NCBI RefSeq assembly: GCF_004010195.1
Contig: NC_057719.1
Location: 46,858,653-46,900,918, forward strand
Reading direction: 5' to 3'
Length of the DNA: 42,266 nucleotides
DNA from: Chiloscyllium plagiosum
Taxonomy: Eukaryota
Positions within the stretch are counted from its first letter, which is position 1. Each line of letters begins with the position of its first letter. The notes under the pieces were generated by a model. The model was not told where the DNA came from, ran no database searches, and saw only the letters and a list, made by a program, of their open reading frames with translations. Shown here piece by piece: positions 11,890-23,847 of the stretch. The position numbers and the translations under genes were made by a program.

Positions 11890-12472
11890 TGATGTGGTCT
11901 CCTCTACACTGGGGAGACAGGACGCCAACTCGAGGAATGTTTCAGGGAACATCTCAGGACACACGCACTAAGCAACCCCACTGCCCTTTGGCCGACCACT
12001 TCAACTCCCCCTCCCACTCTGCCAAGGACATGCAAGTCCTGGGCCTCCTCCACCACCAAATCCAGGTCACCTGATGCCTGGAGGGAGAATGCCTCATCTT
12101 CCACCTTTCCTCATCTCCCTTCCCCCCAGCTCATCCGACATCTAACCTTTCAACTTGGCACTGCCCTCTTGACCTGTCCTACCTGTCCATCTTCCTTCCC
12201 ACGAATCCACTCCATCATCCCCTCTGACCTATAACATTCACCCCCCCAACCTGCATCTACCAATCGCCTTCCCAGCTACTCCACTCCCACCCCCACCCCA
12301 CCCTCCTATTTATCTCAACCCCCTTTACCCCCTCTCCCATATTCCTGATGAAGGACTCATGCCCAAAACGTTGATTCTCCTGCTCCTCGGATGCTGCCTG
12401 ACCTGCTCTGCTCTCCCAGTGCCACACTTTTTGACTCTGTCTCTCCAGTATCTGCAGTCCTCACCTTCTCCT
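11890..12472 (+). mobile_element. 5'-truncated Penelope-like element: GIY-YIG endonuclease remnant, 3' UTR, HHR-bearing terminal repeat
   Basis: Frameshifted translation CGLLYTGETGRQLEECFREHL..TRTKQPHCPLADHFNSPSHSAKDMQVLGLLH..LEGECLIFHL. Decayed HHR ctgatgaaggactcatgcccaaaacgtt at 12345-12372. Confidence 0.9.
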
Positions 12473-12479
12473 TCAGTGT

Positions 12480-14250
12480 GAGCTGTCTGAGCTAATGTTT
12501 TTGAAGCTTCTTGGGCTGCTACTAAGGAAGCTGTATCTATTGCCTTAGTGGGATCTTCTACACTCCTTAAAAGTGTTTCAGATAACCACAGTTGAGGGCC
12601 TTCTGTTTGCAGTGCCACCTCAGTCTTCACTGGTTGAACTGGTCTGACCATAGATCGCTGACCACAGAGTCTGGGGAAATGGCATGCACTTTCTCCCACA
12701 GTTGTTCAGTCTCTCTGATCTCATTGGGATTCTCGGAGATTGCTGATGATGCAGTTACTTCCCATTCCACAAGGTCAGTGCTGAGGAGTAGGTCCATCCC
12801 ATCCACAAGCATACTGGGAATAACTCACATGGTGACTAGTCCCAACACCAGTGCAAGGGGATAGGCTTGCACCTTTCTTTAATCCCTTTAACCCAAACCT
12901 TAGCACTTACTGCACTCAAAGAAGGGAAATTCATGCATTTGCCCAGCAGTAGAGTTTGGCTGGACCCGCTGTCTCTTTATGTCACTACATCCTTACTTGG
13001 TCACCCTGGGCTAACGTGGCCACATCTCCTTCAGATACAAAATCTGGGTAACTTGCAGGGATTTGTTCAACCTCACCTGGAATTTCAGAAGTGCCTTTAT
13101 AAAGATTCGAGGTTACAGTCAGTACCATAGTCTGGTCTGTGTACTCTCTGATGGCCCCACATTCCTGTTTGTGCCCCAGGAAATCCTGTCACCTCCAAAG
13201 GTTGGCCCAGACATTTCCTGCTGTTTGGCAGTTACAGGACACAATTTTGTTGTTCTCACTTTTGACTCAGCATCACAGATTCAGACCTGAGGGGTGCTCT
13301 CAGTACTTCCCTGTCTCAAATGAATCCTCAGTTTCCTATCATTCTCCCAACCTGTATCCTTTCCAGTTAGTTAGGGGTGACCAGGGAAGAGTTCCTTCTG
13401 GAACAAGGGTCTGTGGATCACCTCTTAACCAGCAGCCTGTCTCTCTCTGTGTACATTCTTATTGAGAAGGCCATGACATTTTGAACACATGGACAATTAA
13501 TTCACGGAGGTTTTTGTCAGTCACTTCTGTCTTAAATGGTCCTAACTACTGGCCAAAAGAAAGCTGCTTAAGCTTTTGAACTTCCAGGTTTATTTGGTCA
13601 GGCCATTTCTTCATGCCTTTGCACTAACGGCTGCACACTAAGATGGCCTTTTACTGCCTTGTGAATCAGCAGCACTTGCCTCAGGCAAATGGGAGTGAAT
13701 GACTTTTCCTGAAATCACTTCTCCCACTTTCCTGATGAAAGAAAGACCAATGCAGGGCTATCCACTTTAACCACTGTGCTACCCACTCACAATAATGAAA
13801 GAAGGCTTCAAATTCTGCCTCCTCAAACTTTAGGAATGAAAAGAAGCAAACTAATGTTCCTCACCCCTCAAGTCGGAGCCAGTGGTGTTTTCATGGAATG
13901 TAATAGTGTTCCTGTTCCTCAGTTTGAGCGCAAACTCGATTCAAACTCCTTTGCCTTCCATTTTTCCTGAAATTCTCGCTCTTCCTTCCTTGGTCATTTA
14001 TTTTCTCATTTCTCACTCTCTTTCCTTCCGTCAGTTTTTGTCTTTCTTTCTTTTTCTTCAAATGTTAATTTTCACTGCTCTACTTTTAATCGATCCATAT
14101 GATTGTCCTCAATTTCCTTTCAAATTTGTTAGAAAATCCTTAAAATTTTAGACTTCCCTGGCATTTCGGATGTACTTTAATTCTAAATGCCACATTGAAA
14201 ATTTAACCTTTTTCAGTGACAGCACTTTTAAATCCTCCATAACTAGGAAT
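12480..14250 (-). mobile_element. Decayed Gypsy/Ty3 LTR retrotransposon gag-protease region
   Basis: Minus-strand motifs in order: FIPK/FEEAEFEAFFHYCEWVAQWLKW, KNLRELIVHVFK, decayed zinc knuckle SCNCQTAGNVWANLW, protease RDSGSSQTLLL..VWVKGI..IPLH, LVDGMDLLLSTDL. Confidence 0.75.
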
Positions 14251-14779
14251 ATGCTGGCATCAGATACAGTTTATTTCTATATTGTACAAATGCAAACACA
14301 AGAAAGTCTTTCACAGTTTATAAAAAAAATTACATGCACTTCACATTGACAATTTTCACATTATTTGCTTTATCTGTGGCTATAAATCATGAAATAAAGC
14401 CTCCAATTTGTTTTGACCTACTCAGGATGGGGTTCCCAAGTTATTATTGTTCCAAGCAAAGACCTCAAACTGCTAAGCTCTCACATGAAGAGGGTTAAAG
14501 CAGCTTTCCTTCTATATTCACCCCATTCTCTCACTTGGTCACAAGATTAATTTAGAAAGAACCCTTTACCTTGTGGATAATTTTTTCCCAGATCGAACAT
14601 GTTTTTTAAAAGGAGCTGATTTAACCCGGCTTTTTTGTCGAAGTTAAAAGCAGAGCGAATTTATTAACGAGATGCAAAAAGAATTAATAATGAAATGCAC
14701 ATACATACAGATTAGGAGTAAGAAGTGAGTACAACAAATGATGAAAATTAAGATTTACAGATCAGTCTGTCTCTGGAAT

Positions 14780-14947
14780 CAGTAGTAGAAAGTGAGGACT
14801 GCAGATGCTGGAGATCAGAGTTGAGAGTGTGTTGCTTGAACAGCACAGCTGGTCAGGCAGCATCCGAGGAGCAGGAGCCTGATGAAGGGCTAATGCTCCT
14901 TAGATGCTGCCTGACCTGCTATGCTTTTCCAGCACCACACTCTCGAC
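14780..14947 (-). mobile_element. Family A Penelope-derived foldback mini-element
   Basis: Inverted arms around a partial HHR (cctgatgaagggctaatgc). Exact 14-bp TSD tctgtctctggaat at 14766-14779 and 14948-14961. Confidence 0.9.
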
Positions 14948-15552
14948 TCTGTCTCTGGAATTACACAGAAAGAGTATAAATTGAAATGTTGATTGTTGAA
15001 TAATCAATTTCAGGATATTTGGCTTTTGCAGATAATTGAAATCCCTTTATCCTGTTTCTTTTGATTGCAGTTAGCTGGTTACACTCAGAGTGAGAGAATC
15101 CTTCTTGACCTGTTCTCTCTGACAGACTTGCTGACTAGATAGATCCAAGCATGCAGAATGAGAGAGGAGGCTGCAATGTTGGAGTGACAATTGGATGATT
15201 CTTCTACTGTGACCTTCAGAGCACACTAGTGCTGGAAACTAAGCCAGTTCACACTGGTGTCTCAGTTCACTTGCATACCTTCTCCCACTAGTATGCATGG
15301 AACAGGGTTGCAGTTGATTTTAACTTCATTTCTTGTATATTCTAGTAAGGGGAAACACAAACATCTTCTGGAGACAATGGCTTTCTGCCAAGAGAGGTAA
15401 ATTCAATCCCCATGTAATCTCTTCCCTGCTACATTTCTCTCTCCATTTGACAATTCCTTGACATTTTACAGGTGTGACATTTCATGAATCCCACAGGACT
15501 TTGCCAGACAGCAACAAATTTACTCCCACCATTTGTTTTTTGTCTGCAGCAC

Positions 15553-16606
15553 TCATAGAGTCATAGAGTCAAAGAGGTGTACAGCATGGAAACAGACCCT
15601 TCAGTCCAACTCGTCCATGCCAACCAGATATCCTAACCTAATCTCATCCCATTTGCCAGCACTTGGCCCATATCTCTCTAATCTCTTCCTATTCATATAA
15701 CCATCTGGATGCCTTTTAAATGCTATAATTGTACCAGCCTCCACCACTTTCTCTAGGAGAAAGTGAGGACTGCAGATGCTGAAAATGTGTTGCTGGAAAA
15801 GCGCAGCACTTCCTCTACTTCCTCTGGCAGCTCATTCCATACACACACCACCCTCTGCATAAAAATGTTGACCCTTAGGTCCCTTTTATATCTTCCCCTC
15901 TCACCCTAAACGTATGCACTCTAGTTCTGAACTCCCTCACGCCGGAGAAAAGACCTGGTCTATTTACCCTATCCATGCCCCTCATGATTTTATAAACCAG
16001 TTATATGGTCACCCCTCAGCCTCCGACGCTCCAAGCAAATCAGCCCTAGTCTATTCAGCCTCTCCCTATAGCTCAAATCCTCCAACCCTGGAAACATCCT
16101 TGTAAATCTTTTCTGAACCCTTTCAAGTTTCACAACATCCTTCCAATAGGAAGGAGACCAGAACTGCATGCAATATTCCAAAAGTGGTCTAACCAATGTC
16201 CTGTACAGCTGCAACATGACCTCCCATCTCATATACACAATGTTCTAACCAATAAAGGAAAGCATACCAAATGCCTTCTTCGCTATCATATCTACCTCCA
16301 ACTATACTTCAAGGAACTATGAACCTGCACGTCAAGGTCTCTTTGTTCAGCAACACTCCCTAGGACCTTACCATTAAGTGTATAAGTCCTGCACTGATTT
16401 GTTTTTCCAAAATGCAGCACCTTGCATTTATCTGAATTAAACTCCATCTGCCACTTCTCAGCCCATTGGCCCATCTGGTCCAGATCCTGTTGTAATCTGA
16501 GGTAACCTTCTTCACTGTCCACTACACCTCCAATTTTGGTGTCATCTGCAAACTTACTAACTATACTTCCTATGTTCACATCCAAATCATTTATATAAAT
16601 GACAAA
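15553..16606 (-). mobile_element. CR1 LINE RT C-terminal half and 3' UTR
   Basis: ORFs 16292-16585 (SKFADDTKIGG) and 15990-16238; tail (tcatagag)n at 15553. Confidence 0.95.
15756..15806 (-). mobile_element. 51-bp family A terminal fragment inserted in CR1
   Basis: ggagaaagtgaggactgcagatgctgaaaatgtgttgctggaaaagcgcag, with TSD cactt(t/c)ctcta at 15745-15755 and 15807-15817. Confidence 0.85.
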
Positions 16607-17198
16607 ACACTCCTCTTTTACAAAAATAAATTTTGGAATTAAAATTTATAAGTATTTGTGGTATGTCAGGGCTCTGATCCATTGTCATGAGAGCTCCCTG
16701 TGTGCTCTAAAGACTCAATGACTTTATGACATGAGATATTTGTTCCATATCTACTAAGATTCCTGAAATTCCAGGTGTGGGATGCTGACATCTGAGGCTC
16801 TGTAAAAATTCTGCTCCAGTACAGATTTTAAGGAATTCATTCACAGGGTATGGGCATTGCTGGCTAGGCCAGCATCAATTACTCATCCCTAATTGCCCAT
16901 AGGGCAATTAAGAGTCAGCCACATTGCTGTAGGCCAGAGCAGGTAAGGATGGCAATCTCCTTCCCTAAAGGACATCAGTGAACCAATTGGTTTTTCCAAC
17001 AATCGACAATGATTTCATGGTCAACATTACACTCTTAATTCCAGATTTTCACAGACTTCAAATTGCACTATCTGCCATTTGCCGTAATGGGATTCAAACC
17101 TGGGTCCCCAGAACAATACCTGAGTCTCTGGATTAATAGCTGAAAATGTGTTGCTGGTAAAGCACAGCAGGTCAGGCAGCATCCAAGGAACAGGAGAA

Positions 17199-17230
17199 TC
17201 GACATTTCGGGCATAAGCCCTTCATCAGGA
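17199..17230 (-). ncRNA. Minimal hammerhead motif, mirror copy
   Basis: Reverse complement reads CTGATGA-A-GGGC-TTAT-GCCC-GAAAT-GTC, with one C>T change in stem III. Confidence 0.7.
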
Positions 17231-17232
17231 AT

Positions 17233-17264
17233 TCCTGATGAAGGGCTCATGCCCGAAACGTCGA
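17233..17264 (+). ncRNA. Minimal type I hammerhead ribozyme motif, intact core
   Basis: CTGATGA(17235-17241)-A-GGGC-TCAT-GCCC-GAAAC-GTC; predicted cleavage after C17262. Confidence 0.8.
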
Positions 17265-17410
17265 TTCTCCTGTTCCTTGGATGCTGCCTGACCTGCTGTG
17301 CTTTACCAGCAACACATTTTCAGCTCTGATCTCCAGCATCTACAGACCTCACTTTCTCCTCTCTGGATTAATAGTCCAATTTTAATACCACTAGGCCATT
17401 GCCTCCCCTT

Positions 17411-18556
17411 CAGGAATGACTTGGATACGGAAAGTGAATGTATTATAGTAAAGTGTGTGGATGACACAAAAGTCAGTGGAATTTGAAGTGATGAGACTGA
17501 CACAGAATCTGCAAAGGGCTATAACCAGGTTAAGCGAGTAAGCAAAAGTTTGGCAAATGAACTTTAATATGGGGAAGTGTGAGATTAAGCACTTTGGCAG
17601 GAAGAATAGAGGAGCTGAATATTATTTAAATAGAGTAAGGCTACAGAAAGATGTGGAACAGGGGTATTTGGGTGTCCTTGTCCATTAATCACAGAAAGCC
17701 AGCATTCAAGTTCAGCAAGTGAAAGGGATGGCAAATGGAATATTGGGCTTTATTTCAAAAGGGATGGAGCATAAATGTAGACAATAAAAAATACCAAAAG
17801 AACTGGGACTGCTGGAAGTCCGAAACAAAAACAGAAATTGCTGGAAGTACCTAGCAGGTCTGACAGCAACTGTGAAGAGAAAGTTGAAGCAGAAGACCAT
17901 TCTGAAGAAGGGTCAATGGACCTGGAATGTTAACTCTGCTTTCTCTCCACAGATGTTGGCAGACCTGCTGAGTGTTTCCAACAATTTCTCTTTTTGTTTG
18001 TAAGTATAAAGTAAGGGTGCTTTTGCTAAAAATATACAAGCACTTGTCACACCACAGCTGGAATACCATGAACAGTTTTGGACCCCTTATCTAACAAAAG
18101 CTATAACTGGCCTTGGAGGCAGTTCAGAGAAGATTCTCTAGGCTGATGGCAGGTATGGGGGAGGGGGCTCTCTTATATGGAGAGGTGGAACTGGTTGGAC
18201 CTGTACTCATTTGAATATGAAACATATAATATTCTGAGGGAGATTGACAGGGGCAGATGTGGACAGGTTGTTTCTCCCTAGTGTGAAAATCTAGGACCAG
18301 AGGGCATAGTCTCAAAATAAGAGATGACACAGAGTTGAGGAGGAATTTCTTCTCTCAGAGGATAGTGAATCTGTGGAGTTCTTTACCATCGTGGGCAGTT
18401 GAGTCTGGATTATTATGTATATTCAAGGCTGAGGTAGACAGATTTTTAAACAGTAAGAGAATCAAAGGTTATAGGGAAAAGGGGGGAGTTGAAGATTATC
18501 AGATCAGCCATGACCTCATTGAATGGCAGAGCAAATTGATGATTTGAATGGCTTAT
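17411..18556 (+). mobile_element. Older CR1 RT C-terminal half and 3' UTR
   Basis: NDLDTESECIIVKCVDDTKVSG and RRNFFSQRIVNLWSSLP; 3' UTR ends ctacatcttatg. Confidence 0.85.
17783..18000 (-). mobile_element. Family B Penelope-derived foldback element inside CR1
   Basis: Inverted arms aaacaaaaacagaaattgctggaa and ttccaacaatttctctttttgttt. Decayed HHR ctgaagaagggtcaatggacctggaatgtt at 17902-17931. Confidence 0.8.
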
Positions 18557-19169
18557 TTCTACTCCTACATCTTATGGAGTCTCTTTCAATTTTGATTTTG
18601 GGAGATAACAGAAAATCTTCCACTGTTGATGTCAATGTAGAGTGGTTGAGGGAGGATCAGAGCTTCCTCAGAAACTCTGGCCAGTCTGTCCTGATAAACC
18701 ACTGCTCAGCTGGCAAGAGTTTGGTGCATAAAGGCTTTTTTGAAAAATCTCAATGCTTCCTTAGATTATGGTAATCAATCCTAGAGCACAATTTTTTTTT
18801 GTCTACAAACGTAATAGTTCCCCTTAAAGTTGGAGTCTCATTCGGCCATTTTTGTTTTCAATTGTCTAAAGTCATCTCAAGCAGAGTGGATCTGCCTTGC
18901 AAAGATTGAATTATATGGGTGCTGCTGACGTGCTCTCACAGACACTAACAGCGCACCCTACATATGTTAATAATGCTGTCCCTCATCTCTATTCTATTGT
19001 ACAGTCAATCAGGAATCCTCTTCCACTACAATTGGGACAGCATTCCAGGAATTTCAGTATCAAATATTTCCTTAATATGCTGTAATATTTCAACAACTTA
19101 TTCAAATACATGAAATCAATCACTTTAAAAATAATTTCAAAGCATTTTTCAAAGCAGCATTTTTTTTAG

Positions 19170-19259
19170 TGTCAGCTTTGCCATCAGGTTCATTGGACTC
19201 CCGCTACAGCATCCATGTGATTCCCTTTTGGGGAGGAAGAATTGCAGGATCTAATGCTG
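19170..19259 (+). CDS. Candidate internal coding exon (90 nt, phase 1-1), product unknown
   Basis: T-run acceptor ending in tag at 19169, donor ctg|gtaaga. Only one open frame: SALPSGSLDSRYSIHVIPFWGGRIAGSNA. Unique sequence. Confidence 0.5.
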
Positions 19260-20856
19260 GTAAGAATTCTACGTGAAATAAGCTCAAAGAATTTCAATCA
19301 CTTTTTATCGGGCATGTGGCCATTGTACATAATGATGACAAAGTCAGCAACATCACTCACACAAGTTAAAGACAGGGCTTGAGAAGGGGACATGGTGCCT
19401 GATCTCAGTATATCCTCTGCTGTCAAATAAATTGGGATAGTGGGCGTGGACAGTGATGAGGTCAAGAAGTTGGGATAGGGACTTGGGAGACCAGAGTTCT
19501 CGAGAGGGGAGAACTAAAAAAAGACATGGTATCACAGGACAGAAGAGAGGGGCAAAGCAGGAGACAGAAGATGAACAAAGAGAAGAAGGGGAGAATGATG
19601 TGGAAGTAGAGCAGACGAGCTGCAGTCTAAAAATCTAGTGATTAATGTACATTTTCTTTTCATGCATGTGTGGAATGCATTTTGTAATGGTCATAGTAAC
19701 AGGCTAATCCACAAATTACCAGGTTTACTGAATTCAATTTTAAGTTTACCATAGGTGCCATTTAAATTCATGACTTCTAGGTTTTAAATTCAGAACCACA
19801 ACCATTACAATGCCACATATGGGAGAGGCATGCGCTAGCTTTTATGCTATAGCTTGTATTTTAGTCATTTGACAGAAGAAAGTTTCAATTGGTTAAAGAC
19901 AAAACAGAAATCTTCTGTTCCAACTTGAGAAGCTCAAAATAGAAAGCACTAAACAAGCTTGTTTTTTGAATTCATAGAAAAAAAATGGCAAAGGCAACTT
20001 TTATTTATCAGCTTTGAGTGTTTTCCTCCCTTATTAGTGCAAGGAATAGTGGGGAAAATGGTTCAGTCATTTCTTCATCAATAAACGTAATCAGGCAGCA
20101 GGAATGAGACTCTGTAAATTTGGAGAACTATTGGTTCTTGTACACTGGGACGTGAAAGTCAGAGAGAGACAAAGAACCTCAGTAAACAAACTGAATATTG
20201 AGGGAAGAAACTACATCTGGAAACTGAAAAAGACAATACTGTGGTGAAGAATTGAAATCTTAGGAGGGAGAATGACTATTCAAGTTGTCTTTGGAAAGGT
20301 AATGCGATTTATTTTAAACAGTCTCTCAAAATGCATGCAAATATGAATATGTACAATTCATGATGTTCCACAAGATAATCTAATAATAATAAATAACAAG
20401 AACATTTTTATTATTATTTGGAGATCTGGGCAAAGAAACTTGTTTTCCACAAATTCTCTTGAAATGCCTTTGTGTTTTCAATGCATCAAATATTTTTGGA
20501 ATCAATCATCCCTTAATAACTCAACAAAACTAGTTGCAACAGAACGAGAAGAACAACAGGATTAACTGACCCAAAAATTCTCTTAGTCCAACTAATTTAC
20601 TCATTCTTTCAATTTCTGTTCAGCTTGTCACCTCCTGCTACCTCTCTCAATTTGCTGCCTCCCTCCCCAATACAACTCCTCACTGTTTCCCTGCCCAACC
20701 CTGTTGTTCACTTCTTCCTTCTCCTGAACCTAGCTTCAGATCAAGGAATTGATCAGAGTGAATCTCAGCTGTTAATTCTACTTGACTAATCATATTAAGT
20801 TTGGCTCTCATCTATCAATTTCCAGGAAACGTTTATCGGCTGTTTACTCATGGGCT

Positions 20857-22570
20857 AGTCATAGAGTCAAAGAGATGTACAGCATGGAAACAGACCCTTC
20901 GGTCCAACCCGTCTATGCCGACCAGATATCCCAACCCAATCTAGTCCCACCTGCCAGCACCTGGCCCATATCCCTCCAAACCCTTCCTATTCATATATCC
21001 ATCCAAATGCCTCTTAAATGTTGCAATTGTACCAGCCTCCACCACTTCTACTGGCAGCTCATTCCATACGCATACCATCCTCTGCGTGAAAAAGTTGCCC
21101 TGTAGGTCTCATTTATATCTTTCTACTCTCACCCTAAATCTATACCCTCTAGTTCTGGACTCCCCGACCCCAGGGAAAATACTTTCTCTATTTACCCTAT
21201 CCATGCCCCTCATCATTTTGTAAACCTCTATAAGGTTACCCCTCAGCCTCCGACGCTCCAGGGAAAACAGCCCCAGCCTGTTCAGCCTCTCCCTATAGCA
21301 CAAATCCTCCAACCCTGGCAACATCCTTGTAAATCTTTTCTGAACTCTTTCAAGTTTCACAACATCTTTCCGATAGGAAGGAGACCAGAATTGCACGCAA
21401 TATTCCAACAGTGGCCTAACCAATGTCCTGTACAGCTGCAACATGACCTCCCAACTCCTGTACTCAATACTCTGACCAATAAAGGAAAGCATACCAAACG
21501 CCTTCTTCACTATCCTATCTACCTGCNNNNNNNNNNNNNNNNNNNNNNNNNNNNNNNNNNNNNNNNNNNNNNNNNNNNNNNNNNNNNNNNNNNNNNNNNN
21601 NNNNNNNNNNNNNNNNNNNNNNNNNNNNNNNNNNNNNNNNNNNNNNNNNNNNNNNNNNNNNNNNNNNNNNNNNNNNNNNNNNNNNNNNNNNNNNNNNNNN
21701 NNNNNNNNNNNNNNNNNNNNNNNNNNNNNNNNNNNNNNNNNNNNNNNNNNNNNNNNNNNNNNNNNNNNNNNNNNNNNNNNNNNNNNNNNNNNNNNNNNNN
21801 NNNNNNNNNNNNNNNNNNNNNNNNNNNNNNNNNNNNNNNNNNNNNNNNNNNNNNNNNNNNNNNNNNNNNNNNNNNNNNNNNNNNNNNNNNNNNNNNNNNN
21901 NNNNNNNNNNNNNNNNNNNNNNNNNNNNNNNNNNNNNNNNNNNNNNNNNNNNNNNNNNNNNNNNNNNNNNNNNNNNNNNNNNNNNNNNNNNNNNNNNNNN
22001 NNNNNNNNNNNNNNNNNNNNNNNNNNNNNNNNNNNNNNNNNNNNNNNNNNNNNNNNNNNTCACCTGTGACTATCGATGATACAAATATCTCAGCAAGAGG
22101 CCCAGCAATCACTTCCCTAGCTTCCCACAGAGTTCTCGGGTACACCTGATCAGGTCCTGGGGATTTATCCACCTTTAACCATTTCAAGACATCCAGCACT
22201 TCCTCCTCTGTAATATGGACATTTTGCAAGATGTCACCATCTATTTCTCTATAGTCTGTATCTTCCATATCCTTTTCCACAGTAAATACTGATGCAAAAT
22301 ATTCATGTAGTATCTCCACCATTTTCTGTGGCTCCACACATATGCCGCCTTGCTGATCTTTGAGGGGAGAAAGTGAGGTCTGCAGATGCTGGAGATCAAA
22401 GTTGAAACTTTATTGCTGGAACAGCACAGCAGGTCAGGNNNNNNNNNNNNNNNNNNNNNNNNNNNNCCGTTTTGCCCTCCTGATTTCCCTCTTAAGTATA
22501 CTCCTACTTTCTTTACACTCTTCTAAGGATTTACTCGATCTATCCTGTCTATACCTGACCTATGCTTCCT
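20857..22570 (-). mobile_element. Young CR1 LINE, 3' about 1.7 kb, spanning two gaps
   Basis: Tail at 20857. ORF 21109-21510 and MVEILHEYFASVFTVEK...KVDKSPGPDQVYPRTLWEARE. Confidence 0.95.
22366..22438 (-). mobile_element. Family A terminal repeat (young subfamily) inserted in CR1, running into a gap
   Basis: Reverse complement is identical to 11461-11533 and 40639-40711. Confidence 0.9.
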
Positions 22571-22571
22571 T

Positions 22572-22916
22572 GAGTGTTGCTGAACAAAGAAACTTTGGAG
22601 TGCAGTTTCATAGCTCCTTGAAAGTGGAGTCACAGGTAGATAGGATAGTGAAGAAGGCGTTTGGTACGTTTTCCTTTATTGGTCAGAGTATTGAGTACAG
22701 GAGTTGGGAGGTCATGTTGCAGCTGTGCAGGACATTGGTTAGGCCATTGTTGGAATATTGCGTGCAATTCTGGATGGGTATGTGAATAGGAAGGCTTTGG
22801 AGTGATATGGGCCGGGTGCTGGCAGATGGGACTAGATTGGGTTGGGATATCTGGTTGGCATGGATAGGTTGGACCGTAATGTCTGTTTCCATTACTGTAC
22901 ATCTCTATGACTCTAT
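22572..22916 (+). mobile_element. CR1 3' fragment with internal deletion
   Basis: SVAEQRNFGVQ...LLEYCVQFW jumps at tctgg (about 22773) directly to atgggtatgtgaatagg; ctctatgactctat tail. Confidence 0.9.
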
Positions 22917-23469
22917 AATTCAGAATGTATGTGCCTGCTCCGGAAATATGCTTTATTATAGTTTCGGCACTTCATTACGGAACTGATTATAAAAGAGGGC
23001 ATTAAGAATTTCAGTCCAAAATTGCTTTAAAACCAAAAACTGACTCCCCATCCACCACACCCCACCTAACCTGGACCTTTGATTAAAAGACTTCCTTTTT
23101 ATACTTTTTTATTGAGCTGGTTCCAAAAAATTGTGTTTTAATTGGAAGGAGAAGGGGAAGTACCACAGTGCAATTTAATGGTATTACATTTAGAAGTCTT
23201 TCCTCAGTTTGACAGATCATTTGGACCCACTTAACATGCATTTAAACAGATATTACCCAGCCATTACAGACCATTCTCCTTGCAAATATCCAGAATGTGC
23301 TGGTAGAATGATGCATCAAAGTTAGTATTACCTCAAGGTGAAATGGGGTGAGGGGTGGTAGAACTGAATTTATAGAAAAAAATGTTGCATGTAAGTAATT
23401 TGAAATAAATATTTGAATTGTCTTGATTTATAATTGACCTATCTCAACATTAACTGAAACTTAGTGGGA

Positions 23470-23847
23470 AATATTCACTTCTGAGCTAGAAGACAGTGGC
23501 TTCAAGTCACACTCCAGAAATGTGAGCGTGTTATCCAGACTGATGTGGCAGTGCAGTATTTCGGGAGGGGGCATTGTCAGAGGTGCCCTTTTTCAGGTAA
23601 GGTCCCTGTCCTTTCAAATGAATACTAAAGATTAGAAGAACAGCCGAGCTATTTCCAGTCTTCTGGCCAATAACCACCCATCAACAATCATCAACAAAAA
23701 CAGGTTATTGGGTCATTATCACATTGCTTTTTGTGGGACTTTGTTGTGCGCATTCACATTTCCTACAACCCTTCAGAAATACTTAACTGGCTGTAAAACA
23801 CACTGGGATTTTTCTATGAGGTGCTGTGTCAATGCAAATCTATCCTT
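23470..23847 (+). mobile_element. Old Deu-domain SINE (DeuSINE-like)
   Basis: B-box-like ggcttcaagtc, core cagtgcagtatt...tgtcagaggtgcc, then ggtcattatcacattgc...tgtggga and terminal aatgcaaatct. Confidence 0.7.

Larger units (their letters stand above)
17140..17359 (+). mobile_element. Family A Penelope-derived element forming a near-perfect spacer-less palindrome
   Basis: 17138-17325 is a 188-bp palindrome centred on ggaa|ttcc with 2 mismatches. Exact 15-bp TSD tctctggattaatag at 17125-17139 and 17360-17374. Confidence 0.95.
16835..17408 (-). mobile_element. tRNA-derived SINE, interrupted by 17140-17359
   Basis: Minus strand begins ggggaggcaatggcctagtggta (A box), has ggtttgaatccc (B box) and ends gtgaatgaat. 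Confidence 0.8.

Noticed and set aside
13731..13745. ctgatgaaagaaag as another hammerhead
   Set aside because: No stem II and no GAAAC-NUH downstream; it lies inside the Gypsy gag relic.
21391..22337. ORFs of 252, 182 and 272 aa
   Set aside because: Gap artefacts within a CR1 copy.
22920..23020. CpG-retaining unique stretch as a conserved regulatory element
   Set aside because: Cannot be supported without cross-species alignment.
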